Assembly: GCA_009859145.1 (NCBI GenBank)
Contig: VRVR01000003.1
Location: 7,066 to 71,065, forward strand
DNA length: 64,000 nt
Source: Andalucia godoyi And28
Lineage: Eukaryota; Protista; Jakobida
Direction: 5' to 3'
Shown here: positions 1-9,368 of the stretch, piece by piece
How positions within the stretch are numbered: the first letter of the stretch is position 1
How the letters are laid out: each line of letters begins with the position of its first letter
The notes under the pieces: generated by a model
Told to the model about the DNA's origin: nothing
The model's database searches: none
What the model saw: the letters and a program-made list of their open reading frames with translations, nothing else
Made by a program: the position numbers and the translations under genes

Positions 1-345
1 TGCTGCGTGATGTGCGAGCATCAAGCATCACGTTGTCGGTTCTTCAGTCTTTGGAGCATGCCTCCAGAAATGTGCAGAAAATTTAATTTGCAAAGATTCC
101 GCTGGCTGTAATGCGCCTCAATAGGGTTTGGGGTAGATAGGGTTGGTAAATGCAATATTGCAATGCAAGATAGTGCATGCAAGATAGTGCAATTGCAGTT
201 CAGCCGAGAAGGTATCCTCTTGTCCAGCTCTTTTCTCCCTTCGTTGGACGTATTTTCATTGTATCCTCTCGATATCGCCTGCGAGACTAGCAAGACTGAG
301 TTTCGAATATCCATAATCAGTTTATTTTGAATTCGCCCATTCAGA

Positions 346-2124
346 ATGGGTTTTTTTGCTGCATGGAAACGCAGGCTCACCGATAAAGACGAATTCGCCA
401 ATTATTGGGCTACGGAAGGGCACAAGGTTATTTTTATCACACTGTATGTCATTGTGACAATCATCCTCTTTGTTGAAGCGGCTGTGCGATGGGCAGGCCT
501 GCTCGAGGACGTAGAGAAAACGAACGGGAAAAAGTATTCGTGGGTGATTGTTGCACGCGGTTTTGGGCAGCTTTTGAACTTCAATTGCATGCTGGTAATT
601 GTTCCCGTGTTGCGGTCAATCATCACTTGGATGCGGAAAACCCGCCTGGCCAATTTCTTGCCTTTGGACAAGAATATTGTCTTTCATCGTTACATCGCAT
701 ACGTGATTGTGTTCTGCGGTTGGGCACATGGATCTGCCCATTATTACAATTACAATTGCTGTCCAGAGGTCTACTTCAAGCCGAACGACTTTTCGAAGAC
801 ATCATTGGAGGCAGCCTGGTCCACGCTCGCCGGAGTTACTGGCAATATGTTATATCTCGTAATTCTTGTTATGTTTTCGGCTGCCCACTCCGAATATCGG
901 AAATCGAGGAACTTCACTGTCTTCTGGTTTGTCCACCATCTCTTTATTGTGTTTTTTGCACTCGTCCTTGCTCACGGCCCCAATTTTTGGAAATGGTTCG
1001 TCGGCCCTGGTGCTCTGTACTTTTTTGAACGCCTTGCACGTATTTTCCGGGGATCTCGTACGGTTGGCGTTCTCCGTGTGCACCATCTGCCCTCCCAGGT
1101 GTTGTTTCTCGAACTTGAAAACAAAATCCAGTACAAAGCAGGTCAGTACTGTTTTCTCAACTGCCCTTACCTGTCGAAGTATGAGTGGCACCCGTTTACA
1201 ATTTCATCTGCTCCCGAGGAAGAGCATCTCGATTTCCATATTCGATGTGTCGGTGATTGGACTCAGGCTCTTTCCAAGTTGCTGAACCCCGATCGGAAGA
1301 AGGATTTGGTCATGAACAACTACGTCGGGGCAGATGGCAAGTATCCGCTAATCAAGGTAGATGGTCCGTTTGGAGCTCCTGCAGAACACATCTTTGAGTT
1401 CGAGCACATCATGTTGATTGCTGCGGGAATCGGCGTAACTCCGTACGCCTCCATTTTGAAGCACATTCACTTCCGGTTGCAACAGAATAATGTCGGCAAG
1501 ATGAAAAAGGTATACTTTTACTGGGTGAATCGGGATGAAGGGTCCTGGGAATGGTTCAGTGAAATTCTCAAGAACCTAGAGGGCAAAGTCCGGAAGGATT
1601 TTCTCGAGGTCCACACGTTCTTCACTGGTGCGCTTAAGGTCGATGATATTCGAACGATTGTCTTCTCTTCAGCAGAAGTTGCTGCGAAAGGCACGGACAT
1701 GCCGGTTTCCGCCTATGCTCGCGCGATGTATGGATACTCCGCTCAGGCGTCGGACGAAATTGACTTGCAGGAAGACGATGATGTCGAAGTGTTGGCACGC
1801 AACGCTGATGGTTGGTGGGAAGGTACCAACAAACGGACCGGTCAAAAAGGTCTTTTCCCATACAATTTTGTCCAAGTTATTGATCGTATTACAAAGATGG
1901 AGGAAGGTTCTCATAGGCACTATGGTCGTCCCCACTGGGACGATATTTTCAAGACAGTTGGTCAGCAGGTGGAAGCAGTGACTCCTCCGCGCGAAGCGGA
2001 ACGTCCCAAGGTTGGGGTTTTCTTCTGCGGCCCTGCAGTCATGTCAAAACAGCTCTATCAGTTCTCTGCTCGTGCAAACCAGCTTGGTCGAACGGCCTTT
2101 GATTACAAGAAGGAGAATTTCTGA
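346..2124 (+). CDS. NOX: NADPH oxidase (NOX/ferric reductase family, NOX5-like core) with an SH3 domain inserted in the NADPH-binding domain
   Basis: 592 aa with six hydrophobic segments. Heme histidines lie in FHRYIAYVIVFCGWAHGSAH and FWFVHHLFIVFFALVLAHG. FAD motif HPFTISS; NADPH motifs GIGVTPY and FFCGP; C-terminal ENF. SH3 signature YARAMYGYSAQASDEIDL...DGWWEG...GLFPYNFV at nt ~1711-1881. Confidence 0.95.
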   Translation: MGFFAAWKRRLTDKDEFANYWATEGHKVIFITLYVIVTIILFVEAAVRWAGLLEDVEKTNGKKYSWVIVARGFGQLLNFNCMLVIVPVLRSIITWMRKTRLANFLPLDKNIVFHRYIAYVIVFCGWAHGSAHYYNYNCCPEVYFKPNDFSKTSLEAAWSTLAGVTGNMLYLVILVMFSAAHSEYRKSRNFTVFWFVHHLFIVFFALVLAHGPNFWKWFVGPGALYFFERLARIFRGSRTVGVLRVHHLPSQVLFLELENKIQYKAGQYCFLNCPYLSKYEWHPFTISSAPEEEHLDFHIRCVGDWTQALSKLLNPDRKKDLVMNNYVGADGKYPLIKVDGPFGAPAEHIFEFEHIMLIAAGIGVTPYASILKHIHFRLQQNNVGKMKKVYFYWVNRDEGSWEWFSEILKNLEGKVRKDFLEVHTFFTGALKVDDIRTIVFSSAEVAAKGTDMPVSAYARAMYGYSAQASDEIDLQEDDDVEVLARNADGWWEGTNKRTGQKGLFPYNFVQVIDRITKMEEGSHRHYGRPHWDDIFKTVGQQVEAVTPPREAERPKVGVFFCGPAVMSKQLYQFSARANQLGRTAFDYKKENF

Positions 2125-2311
2125 AACCAGTGTTTTTTTGTTTTTTTTCGTTTTCGTTTTCACTTTTGCTTTGTTTTTTTGGCGGATTAAATGTTCTATC
2201 TTTTATTTATGTATTCATTATTATTATTATTATTGTTGTTGTTGTTTTGGGGGAGGGGAGGATTTTAGCGATTGCATTTCCTTTTTTAATTTGCATTGGG
2301 ATTACACATAT

Positions 2312-3538
2312 TTACAAAGAGGCAACTTCTTTAATTCTTCTAGCCAGCCATACGTGATAGGATATACCAGTTTTGGACGATCTTTCGACAACGTAGGCGC
2401 GCAGGCGTCGCCATGCCAGGTCAGAGAGAGTTAGAATCTCAAAGCCTGCTTGCTTTTGTCGAATTGCATACTGCAGACCCAAAACCCATTGGTCGCATAC
2501 CTTTCTTGACGGAGCCAAAATCTCAAGCACGCGGTCCTTGGATTGGAGCAGAATAAAACGATTCCATTGGTCCGACGTTAAACCGCGAATGTTTTCAGTA
2601 GGAGGATGGAAGCCATAGTGAATCTTGCACACATCAGAAAGAACCAAGAACTTTTCTGGTTTGGAGGCTGCCTGTCCGGGTTTTTGCGCCCAGTTTAACT
2701 GAGAGAAATCGGAGGAAAGGACAAAATACCTTTCGTGAGAAGACTTCTTTCCCGACACATACTTGGACATGACCACTTCTTCGAGCAACGAGTCAAGTGC
2801 ATTACTGCCCTTCTTCAACGCTGCTGTCACATGTGTGTCGCGGATCTGGAGGCGAATAGCCGGAAGACAAACTTTCGCAGAAACAGAGTCGTCGCCCTCT
2901 GCAACAGAGTTCTGGACCGGTGGAGCGTCCGACACTGCGATGGGTACAAGTCGGCTGTCGGAAGGCATCGTTTTCCGTCGAGCAGCCTTCTCTGCCGACA
3001 TCCGTTCAAACTCCTCCTGAACATCTTCGTCGCTGTCGCCGGATTCCAAACAGAAATCATCGTCCTCGTCTGCTTGCGGGGAAGTAAAAGAAAAGGCGCT
3101 CGACATGGAAAGAATACGCGACGGATCCACTTCAGTCGACGGCATTTGCGGAAGTTCGAGAGACGCACGGTACTCGGATTGAATAGATTGCACAATATTC
3201 ATCCAAATTTCAAACTCGGACGCGCCAACACCGCGCTTCTTGCTCGTGAATTTGTATGTGTACCATGGATACACAAGCTGAAACCCTGCATCACGTCCCG
3301 AATACGGCTGGTCAAACGCCCGAACGTCGCATCTCTCCAGAGACAATGTTCCTGCCGGCTCCAGATCGGTCTGTGATTTGTAATAGTAAAAGACGCGTCC
3401 CGAGATCACACACCAGCGGACTTGCCAGGAATTCCTTGGCGAGAGCTTCAACAGCCACCCCGATAACCTCGTTCTGCTGATGAGAGCGGCAGCAGGAATA
3501 CGACGATCCGCAGGAACTTTGGGTGGTTTTGCAGCCAT
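2312..3538 (-). CDS. Tandem PH-domain protein (canonical N-terminal PH plus PLC/ELMO-type C-terminal PH)
   Basis: ATG at 3538 (MAAKPP...); the upstream 46 codons of the tracked ORF are T-rich UTR. PH1: SGWLLKLSPRNSWQVRWCVISGRVFYYYK...EIWMNIV. Acidic linker. PH2: KSSHERYFVLSSDFSQLNW...DVCKIHYG...RVLEILAPSRKVCDQWVLGL. Confidence 0.8.
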   Translation of the reverse strand: MAAKPPKVPADRRIPAAALISRTRLSGWLLKLSPRNSWQVRWCVISGRVFYYYKSQTDLEPAGTLSLERCDVRAFDQPYSGRDAGFQLVYPWYTYKFTSKKRGVGASEFEIWMNIVQSIQSEYRASLELPQMPSTEVDPSRILSMSSAFSFTSPQADEDDDFCLESGDSDEDVQEEFERMSAEKAARRKTMPSDSRLVPIAVSDAPPVQNSVAEGDDSVSAKVCLPAIRLQIRDTHVTAALKKGSNALDSLLEEVVMSKYVSGKKSSHERYFVLSSDFSQLNWAQKPGQAASKPEKFLVLSDVCKIHYGFHPPTENIRGLTSDQWNRFILLQSKDRVLEILAPSRKVCDQWVLGLQYAIRQKQAGFEILTLSDLAWRRLRAYVVERSSKTGISYHVWLARRIKEVASL

Positions 3539-4083
3539 CGTTTTTTCTTCTTCGGTTTTCTTTTTCTTCTGATGACACTGTTGTATGAATCGGACGACTG
3601 TGCAGAGAGTTTTTAATAGAAATTTAAAAAAATTAAATAAACAAAAATATATTAAGAGACGGAAAGAGAGAATCAAATTAAACTAAATTAAACAGAGTGT
3701 ACCGATGCAGAGATAGATGAAACAACGCAATACAAGACAGTTCGTTTCAGTCGTGATGGAGGAATAGCAGACTGTCTTTGGGGCGATTTTCCAAAGGTCA
3801 AACGGCCCCTCGCCGTTCGCAAGATGGGCCTGTCGGGATTCGGGAAACTCGAGCCTGTTGAGGCGATAATTGTTTGCCTTGACACCACCATGCAGCTCCG
3901 ATAGGCCACAAAAAAAAAAGCCGACACAGTCTTTGCCCGACTCCGCATGTTGTTGTTGTTTACTCGGTACTGTCGTCGTTCTTTCCCTCCCTTTTCTTTT
4001 CCTCTCATCGTTGGGCTTGTTCTGTATATAAAATTCTTTTCTCTTTTCTCTTTTTTCCTTTTTCCTTTTCCTTTTTCCTGTTT

Positions 4084-4139
4084 CCGTTTTCCGTTTTCCG
4101 TTTTCCGTTTTCCGTTTTCCGTTTTCCGTTTTCCGTTTT
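4084..4139. repeat. Perfect heptamer tandem repeat (CCGTTTT)x8 upstream of the BLTP3-like gene
   Basis: Read directly. It lies between a TATATAAAA box at ~4025 and the ATG at 4196. Confidence 0.95.
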
Positions 4140-4195
4140 CACTCCCGCATCACCCGCTTCCGCTTTTTCCTCATTCCAGTTTCTGAAATAACAAG

Positions 4196-7100
4196 ATGAC
4201 GGAAGCGATAGCGAGAAAATTGCTCAACAAACATTTGTCACTGTTCATCAAAGACTACAACTCCAAACAACTCAAGCTTTCTGTACTCGGTGGCAAATGC
4301 CGGCTTGAGAACCTGGAGATCAAGGACGAGATCCTGCAAGAAGTACTTTGTCTCGCTGGGCTGAACTTCATGCGGGGCGTTCGGGGGGTTATTCGAGCCC
4401 TTGATGTCAAGGCGTCTGTGACGTCGCTCAAAACGGAGCCGATAGTCGTCAACATTTCCGGCATCGACATCGATCTCGAGGAGCACATGCACATGCAAGC
4501 GACAACTCAAATCATCAAGACATATTTTGCCAATGAGTTTGGCACCGAAGACGATAAGGAAAAGGAAAAGGAAAAGGAAAAGGAAAAGGAACTGACGCCG
4601 GGTAGCAAGAAGAAGCCGGCCAAGTACGGACTTGGAGACAAGATTGGGGATGGCATTCGCATTGAGATTGAGCGGATATCATTCAGACTGCAGGTTCGAG
4701 GATCGTATCGTTACGCTCCTCGGTTTGGTCCCTGGACTCCACCGCGATTCTTGTTTGAAATGAGGAATTTCTCTCTGTATACGACGAATGCAGATTGGGA
4801 AGTCGTTCCGCTGAATCAAGCCCTGCCGAAGTATCGCCGTGGTGTTTCGGAACTGTTTGTGTACAAATATGGCACCATCAAGTCGATTTCCATGAGGATG
4901 TCCAAGTTTCCGGATTTCGATGATTTTTCCATGTCAATTGCAGACAATGTTGGAGCGATTATCAAGATGCAAATGAAGAAAAAGTCGCTCGGTGGCGACA
5001 TTTTGGATTTGAATGTTCAGACGTTTGTGGATCCCCTGCAACTGGACTTGCGGTCGTTCATTGTGAAAGGGATGCTCCATATGTTCGGTTCTATTGCGTT
5101 CTGCTTTGGCAGAACCGATTTTCCTACGGACGCAGAAAAGGCGGAAGCGGAACGAAAAACCGCGGAGGGCGTTGCACGTGCCCGAGAAACGTATCTTGCG
5201 TCTCAAAAGGATGGCGGAGTTTCATCTGCTCAGCAGCTGAAGATTGACGATGATGACGATGACGAATCGGTTGCCGAAAGTGATATTTCGTCTGTTGAAG
5301 AAGTCAAGTCCACTCCGCGGACGACAATCAACATCCAGATTCCTTCTATCCGTCTTATTGTCGATCTTCTGAACAACACCAACATGACTGTTTTTCTGCA
5401 GAAGATGCTCGTCTCTGCCGTGCTTCTCCCCGACCAACCCGGCGTCGCTTTTATTCAAGCCTCCTTTTCCCATTTGCAGATCGACTTGAAGTCTTCTGAC
5501 GGGAACACTTGTCACATTCTGGAGGTAATGAGGTTTGATAATGCGTATCCGAGAGCTTCGGTCTTCGAGTTGACGGAAGGGTACAGCGTCAAGATTTCAG
5601 AGGCAGTTCCATTTTTCCCCGTTTCTGCCCCTGCCGTGGCAGACGTTTCGAAGGAATCCTCGGATGTTTCTGCCGTTGCTGTGGCGTCACCATCCGATGT
5701 CTTCCGAGTCATCGTTTCTTTGAATCTGGACGAGGACATCGTGAAGACGCAAGGGGTGAAATTGTCTGTGAAAGGAGTCATGTCCCCCGTGCAACTTAGA
5801 ATTCCGTCGTCGTTATTGTCACATCTACTCGCGATCGGCGCATTTCTTGCGTCCCCTCCTGAAGTTGTTCCGGATGCGTCGCTCCTGGCGTTTCCGACGC
5901 CTGTGAAGAGTTCATTAGCCGCCTTTGGTGTCCGTTTTAAGGTACTAGGAAGCTCCGTTCTTGTATATGACTCGTCAAAACTAAGTAACGCTGAGTTTTC
6001 TACGCCAGACACGTTTTTGCGCCTTTTTGTGGGTGCTGTGGATATATTCATTCATCCACTGTTGGGGACGATATCGCATTCCCGCGAAGTGCAAGGAAAG
6101 CTTTCTCTTGTGGATGCATTTCGAGATCTGTGCTGGGAAGAGTATAAGTCCAAGGCCGCTTTGAAGCTTTCAGACGTTGGAGCAGAGTTCTTTGGGAAAC
6201 GCACGGAGAATGTAGAGATCTTCAATGGTATGGACATTATTGCAAATTTTGCATTCGAATTAGCAGAAGAGTCTCGAGATGTTCCAAAGACGCTGATTCA
6301 TTTTGTCCAGACGTTGTTGCGACTCAAGCTGTCAAGGTATTTGGTGCTGTCTTTGCTGAACTTGGTCTCTGCGTTTGCACCACCACCGGCAACAGGCACC
6401 GTATCACCCACCAAGCTGCAAGCAGAAGAGGTTCCTCTGAGTACCCGCGTCGACGAGCTGTTTGGCGTTGGAGTTGGCGTGGTTGAAAAAATCTTTTCGG
6501 GCATGCCATCGCTGCGAGCACTCATGTATGTTTATGGTTTGGAAACGACGTTTTCGGATGACGCTCTTCCGTCGGCTCGATTGGCGAACATCAATTTATT
6601 CGCGGAAACGAGTGATGTGCGCCAGTGTGCAGTTTCTGCTGATGCAAAGGAAAGGACATCTCCATTTCCCGTGCAATTTTTTGTCTCTCAGGATGTCGAG
6701 ACTCTGACACCTGTGCCCCGCAAAGGATATCTGCAGTCGTTCTTCCTGCCAAAGAAGGTGGGAAGGTCGTTGAGACCCGTCCACGTCAAGTTTGCAGAAT
6801 CTGCGGCTCGTATGCTGGCCACAACGGAGACAATTGCGAAAGAAATCGATCTCCTTCTTTCCGAGGAAGGCGTCAATTTTATCCGGCAAGCGACGCGCGT
6901 GTTTCCGTTTCCCCAGCAAAGTGGTGTTTCGGAAGACGATGTCGAAAGGCTGAAAAAGACTCCATCGTTGTGGGCATCGCCACAACTGGAAGGGTTTTTG
7001 TTCAAGCAAGGAGGCTCGCACAAAAATTGGAAGAAAAGGTATTTCAGGCTCGCAGATCAGTACCTCGTCTACTTTGAGTCCCTGGAAGCCGGAATGTCTC

Positions 7101-7693
7101 TGGGAGAGGAGCCATTTGGCATTCTCGTGCTGGATTCCGAAAGTTGTGCGTCGGAAATCGAGGATAGCAAAGCGGTCGGGTTGAAGAAAGGGAACTTTGC
7201 GTTTTGCATCCAGTCGTCCAATCGATCCATGAACTTTTACTCGTTGTCAGAGAACGATAGAACCAAGTGGATTCGGGCGGTGAACGCGCACGTCGACACT
7301 CTGAGAAAGCGGTTCTTGGAGCCGAGTTCCACGGAGAAGAAATTACAGCTGGAAGTGTCTCGACAGAAGATCAAGGATATTAAAGTTGCGCTTCATCGCT
7401 CGCGAATTGCTGTCCTGCAGAGCTCGCTTGGCATGTCAGTCGACCCGTCTGCGGTGGATGGGGAAGCAGACCTCACGAATCTTGTCGTATCTTGCGCACC
7501 ACGCATCAAGACTGTTTCAACGGAGTCGGATGTGAGTACATTGGATCTGGCCAAAGTCTTGTCGTCGAAATCATCCTCGGAGCTGGAATCCAAGCTTCAA
7601 AATTGTTCCAAAATGGAGGATCTTGGAAAGGATGATCTCATTCTCCTTCTGAAAACCTCGCTCCGGCTCCTGAAAGAGGACGGCAAAATATGA
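4196..7693 (+). CDS. Bridge-like lipid transfer protein, BLTP3/UHRF1BP1(L)-like (chorein-N), with C-terminal PH domain and coiled coil
   Basis: The N-terminus RKLLNKHLSLFIKDYNSKQLKLSVLGGKCRLENLEI...LKTEPIVV and the motif YGLGDKIGDGIRIEI...YTTNADW match BLTP3-family chorein-N motifs. Beta-rich middle region. PH domain LEGFLFKQGGSHKNWKKRYFRL...DRTKWIRAV at nt ~6986-7285. Confidence 0.8.
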   Translation: MTEAIARKLLNKHLSLFIKDYNSKQLKLSVLGGKCRLENLEIKDEILQEVLCLAGLNFMRGVRGVIRALDVKASVTSLKTEPIVVNISGIDIDLEEHMHMQATTQIIKTYFANEFGTEDDKEKEKEKEKEKELTPGSKKKPAKYGLGDKIGDGIRIEIERISFRLQVRGSYRYAPRFGPWTPPRFLFEMRNFSLYTTNADWEVVPLNQALPKYRRGVSELFVYKYGTIKSISMRMSKFPDFDDFSMSIADNVGAIIKMQMKKKSLGGDILDLNVQTFVDPLQLDLRSFIVKGMLHMFGSIAFCFGRTDFPTDAEKAEAERKTAEGVARARETYLASQKDGGVSSAQQLKIDDDDDDESVAESDISSVEEVKSTPRTTINIQIPSIRLIVDLLNNTNMTVFLQKMLVSAVLLPDQPGVAFIQASFSHLQIDLKSSDGNTCHILEVMRFDNAYPRASVFELTEGYSVKISEAVPFFPVSAPAVADVSKESSDVSAVAVASPSDVFRVIVSLNLDEDIVKTQGVKLSVKGVMSPVQLRIPSSLLSHLLAIGAFLASPPEVVPDASLLAFPTPVKSSLAAFGVRFKVLGSSVLVYDSSKLSNAEFSTPDTFLRLFVGAVDIFIHPLLGTISHSREVQGKLSLVDAFRDLCWEEYKSKAALKLSDVGAEFFGKRTENVEIFNGMDIIANFAFELAEESRDVPKTLIHFVQTLLRLKLSRYLVLSLLNLVSAFAPPPATGTVSPTKLQAEEVPLSTRVDELFGVGVGVVEKIFSGMPSLRALMYVYGLETTFSDDALPSARLANINLFAETSDVRQCAVSADAKERTSPFPVQFFVSQDVETLTPVPRKGYLQSFFLPKKVGRSLRPVHVKFAESAARMLATTETIAKEIDLLLSEEGVNFIRQATRVFPFPQQSGVSEDDVERLKKTPSLWASPQLEGFLFKQGGSHKNWKKRYFRLADQYLVYFESLEAGMSLGEEPFGILVLDSESCASEIEDSKAVGLKKGNFAFCIQSSNRSMNFYSLSENDRTKWIRAVNAHVDTLRKRFLEPSSTEKKLQLEVSRQKIKDIKVALHRSRIAVLQSSLGMSVDPSAVDGEADLTNLVVSCAPRIKTVSTESDVSTLDLAKVLSSKSSSELESKLQNCSKMEDLGKDDLILLLKTSLRLLKEDGKI

Positions 7694-7817
7694 TGAGCGC
7701 GCTGCAGGTAAAGAAATGTCTTCTCAGTTGCAGCAGCTTCCTCATTTTATGTATATTTTGGCGTATTATTATTATTATTATTATTATTTGGCGTTTGATG
7801 AATGCGTTTATTCATAA

Positions 7818-8915
7818 TCATGCATCACCAACAAATGCTCCGAGAACATTCAAACGCTTTTGAATGGAATCCAGCTGCTCTCTCTTCACAGAAGTACCCT
7901 GGTCATAGAGTCGTTGAAGTCGAGCCATTTCCTTGGATGCATATTCCTTGTCGACGGCAATCTTCTCAGCAACTCGCACATAGTACGCGGCATCCTTTCC
8001 GTTGCTCAAGCTCTTCATTTCTGCAACTGCTTGCTGAGGCGACAGAGATCCGTACGCCACCTTGCGGGCAATGTCGTCCGCTGCAGAGACGCGACCGGCA
8101 GCCGACGACAATGAGCCATCTGATCGTCGATCGGTGCGTGCTTGCTCGTTCACGAAGCCAACCAAAGAGTCCAAGTCACGCCCACCCTCGTACGGCTTGT
8201 GGGTATCCGAGCCTGGCTCGAAATAAACAATAGTCGGATATCCTTTGACATCGAACTTGGACGCCAACTCACCTTCCTTTGTGGCATCGACCTTCGAAAT
8301 GAGAACCTTGTCAGACTCTCCTTCAAAGGCCAATGCAAGCTTTTCGTATGTTGGTGCAAGCGACTTGCAGTGTCCACACCACGGTGCAAAGAACTCAATG
8401 AGTCTGAATTTGGAAGCAGCCGCGGTCACTTCCTTTGTAAAGCTGGAGAGAGTCAAATCAACAACTGCTGACGCCGGCTTGGAAATGGTGATGATCGCAC
8501 CTGTCTTGGAGCGAATGAACGATGCAACATCGTCTGCAGTTCTTCCGCCATTGTAGTCCTCAGGCGTAGTCGAGCCTTTCGCAAAAAACTTGAACGTAGG
8601 GAAGCCCTTCACGTCAAGACGACCGCCGAGCTCTCGGTGTGTGTCGGCATTCAGCTTTGCCAGCACAACGTCCTTATGCGCACCAACGGACTTGGCATAT
8701 GCCTCCCCGAGGATTGTAAACTCCGGCACAAAGTTTTTGCAGTGGCCGCACCAAGGTGCGTACGCCTCCAAAAACACAGCTCGCGATCCGTCGACAATCG
8801 AATCGTAGTTTTCCGGAGTCAGGTCCACGACACCGGTAATGGAGACTGACGGGTCGTCGGCAAGAACCACGCACACGAAGGCAAGGAAGAGAAAAACACA
8901 ACCGTACAACTTCAT
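7818..8915 (-). CDS. PDI: Protein disulfide isomerase, a-a'-D (PDIA6/ERp38/PDI-D) type
   Basis: Signal peptide MKLYGCVFLFLAFVCVVLA (ATG 8915), two WCGHC thioredoxin domains, helical ERp29-like C-terminal domain. No KDEL/HDEL. Confidence 0.93.
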   Translation of the reverse strand: MKLYGCVFLFLAFVCVVLADDPSVSITGVVDLTPENYDSIVDGSRAVFLEAYAPWCGHCKNFVPEFTILGEAYAKSVGAHKDVVLAKLNADTHRELGGRLDVKGFPTFKFFAKGSTTPEDYNGGRTADDVASFIRSKTGAIITISKPASAVVDLTLSSFTKEVTAAASKFRLIEFFAPWCGHCKSLAPTYEKLALAFEGESDKVLISKVDATKEGELASKFDVKGYPTIVYFEPGSDTHKPYEGGRDLDSLVGFVNEQARTDRRSDGSLSSAAGRVSAADDIARKVAYGSLSPQQAVAEMKSLSNGKDAAYYVRVAEKIAVDKEYASKEMARLQRLYDQGTSVKREQLDSIQKRLNVLGAFVGDA

Positions 8916-9368
8916 GATGTCTGCATCAATACTCGTATATGGATGGGAAAAAGGAATAGCAATAACAATAATAATCATAGTAAACTATGTTTTAATCGAA
9001 GCAAAGAAAAAAAATGCTGGCGGCCACAAAGGAAAGCGGGGCGTGATTGATCGGCTTGACACGTGTGCACTTGAGGCAAGATCGAATCATTCTTTAAATT
9101 ACTACAACAGCAGCTGGGGCAGTTGCTCCCGACTGCTGGGTGTTCCCGGGGTGTTCCCGGGGGTCTCCGCCTCCGGCCGCTCTCGCAAACCTGCAAATGC
9201 AGGTGCAAGAGCAAAAGCAAGAGCAAGAGACAGATAAGATGGAGTCTCGGCGACGCAGCCATCTCATGAACACAAGAATCTTCTGCAGGCCTCATCATTG
9301 AGAGTTGTAATAATAAAAACAAACAATTAATAAAACAAGAGATTTCGCTGAGATGAACGAACGAATCC

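Noticed and set aside
163-345. 14-nt tandem duplication ATGCAAGATAGTGC (163-190) and a possible short upstream NOX exon (ATG 177, donor GTATCC at 212, acceptor CAG at 344) adding MQDSAIAVQPRR
   Set aside because: The donor is weaker than in the two supported introns, and the added peptide has no homology support. Needs transcript data.
9056-9204. CACGTG palindrome, GTGTTCCCGGG direct repeat and ACCTGCA-AA-TGCAGGT hairpin upstream of PDI (possible UPR elements)
   Set aside because: Short motifs expected by chance, with no exact ERSE/UPRE consensus.
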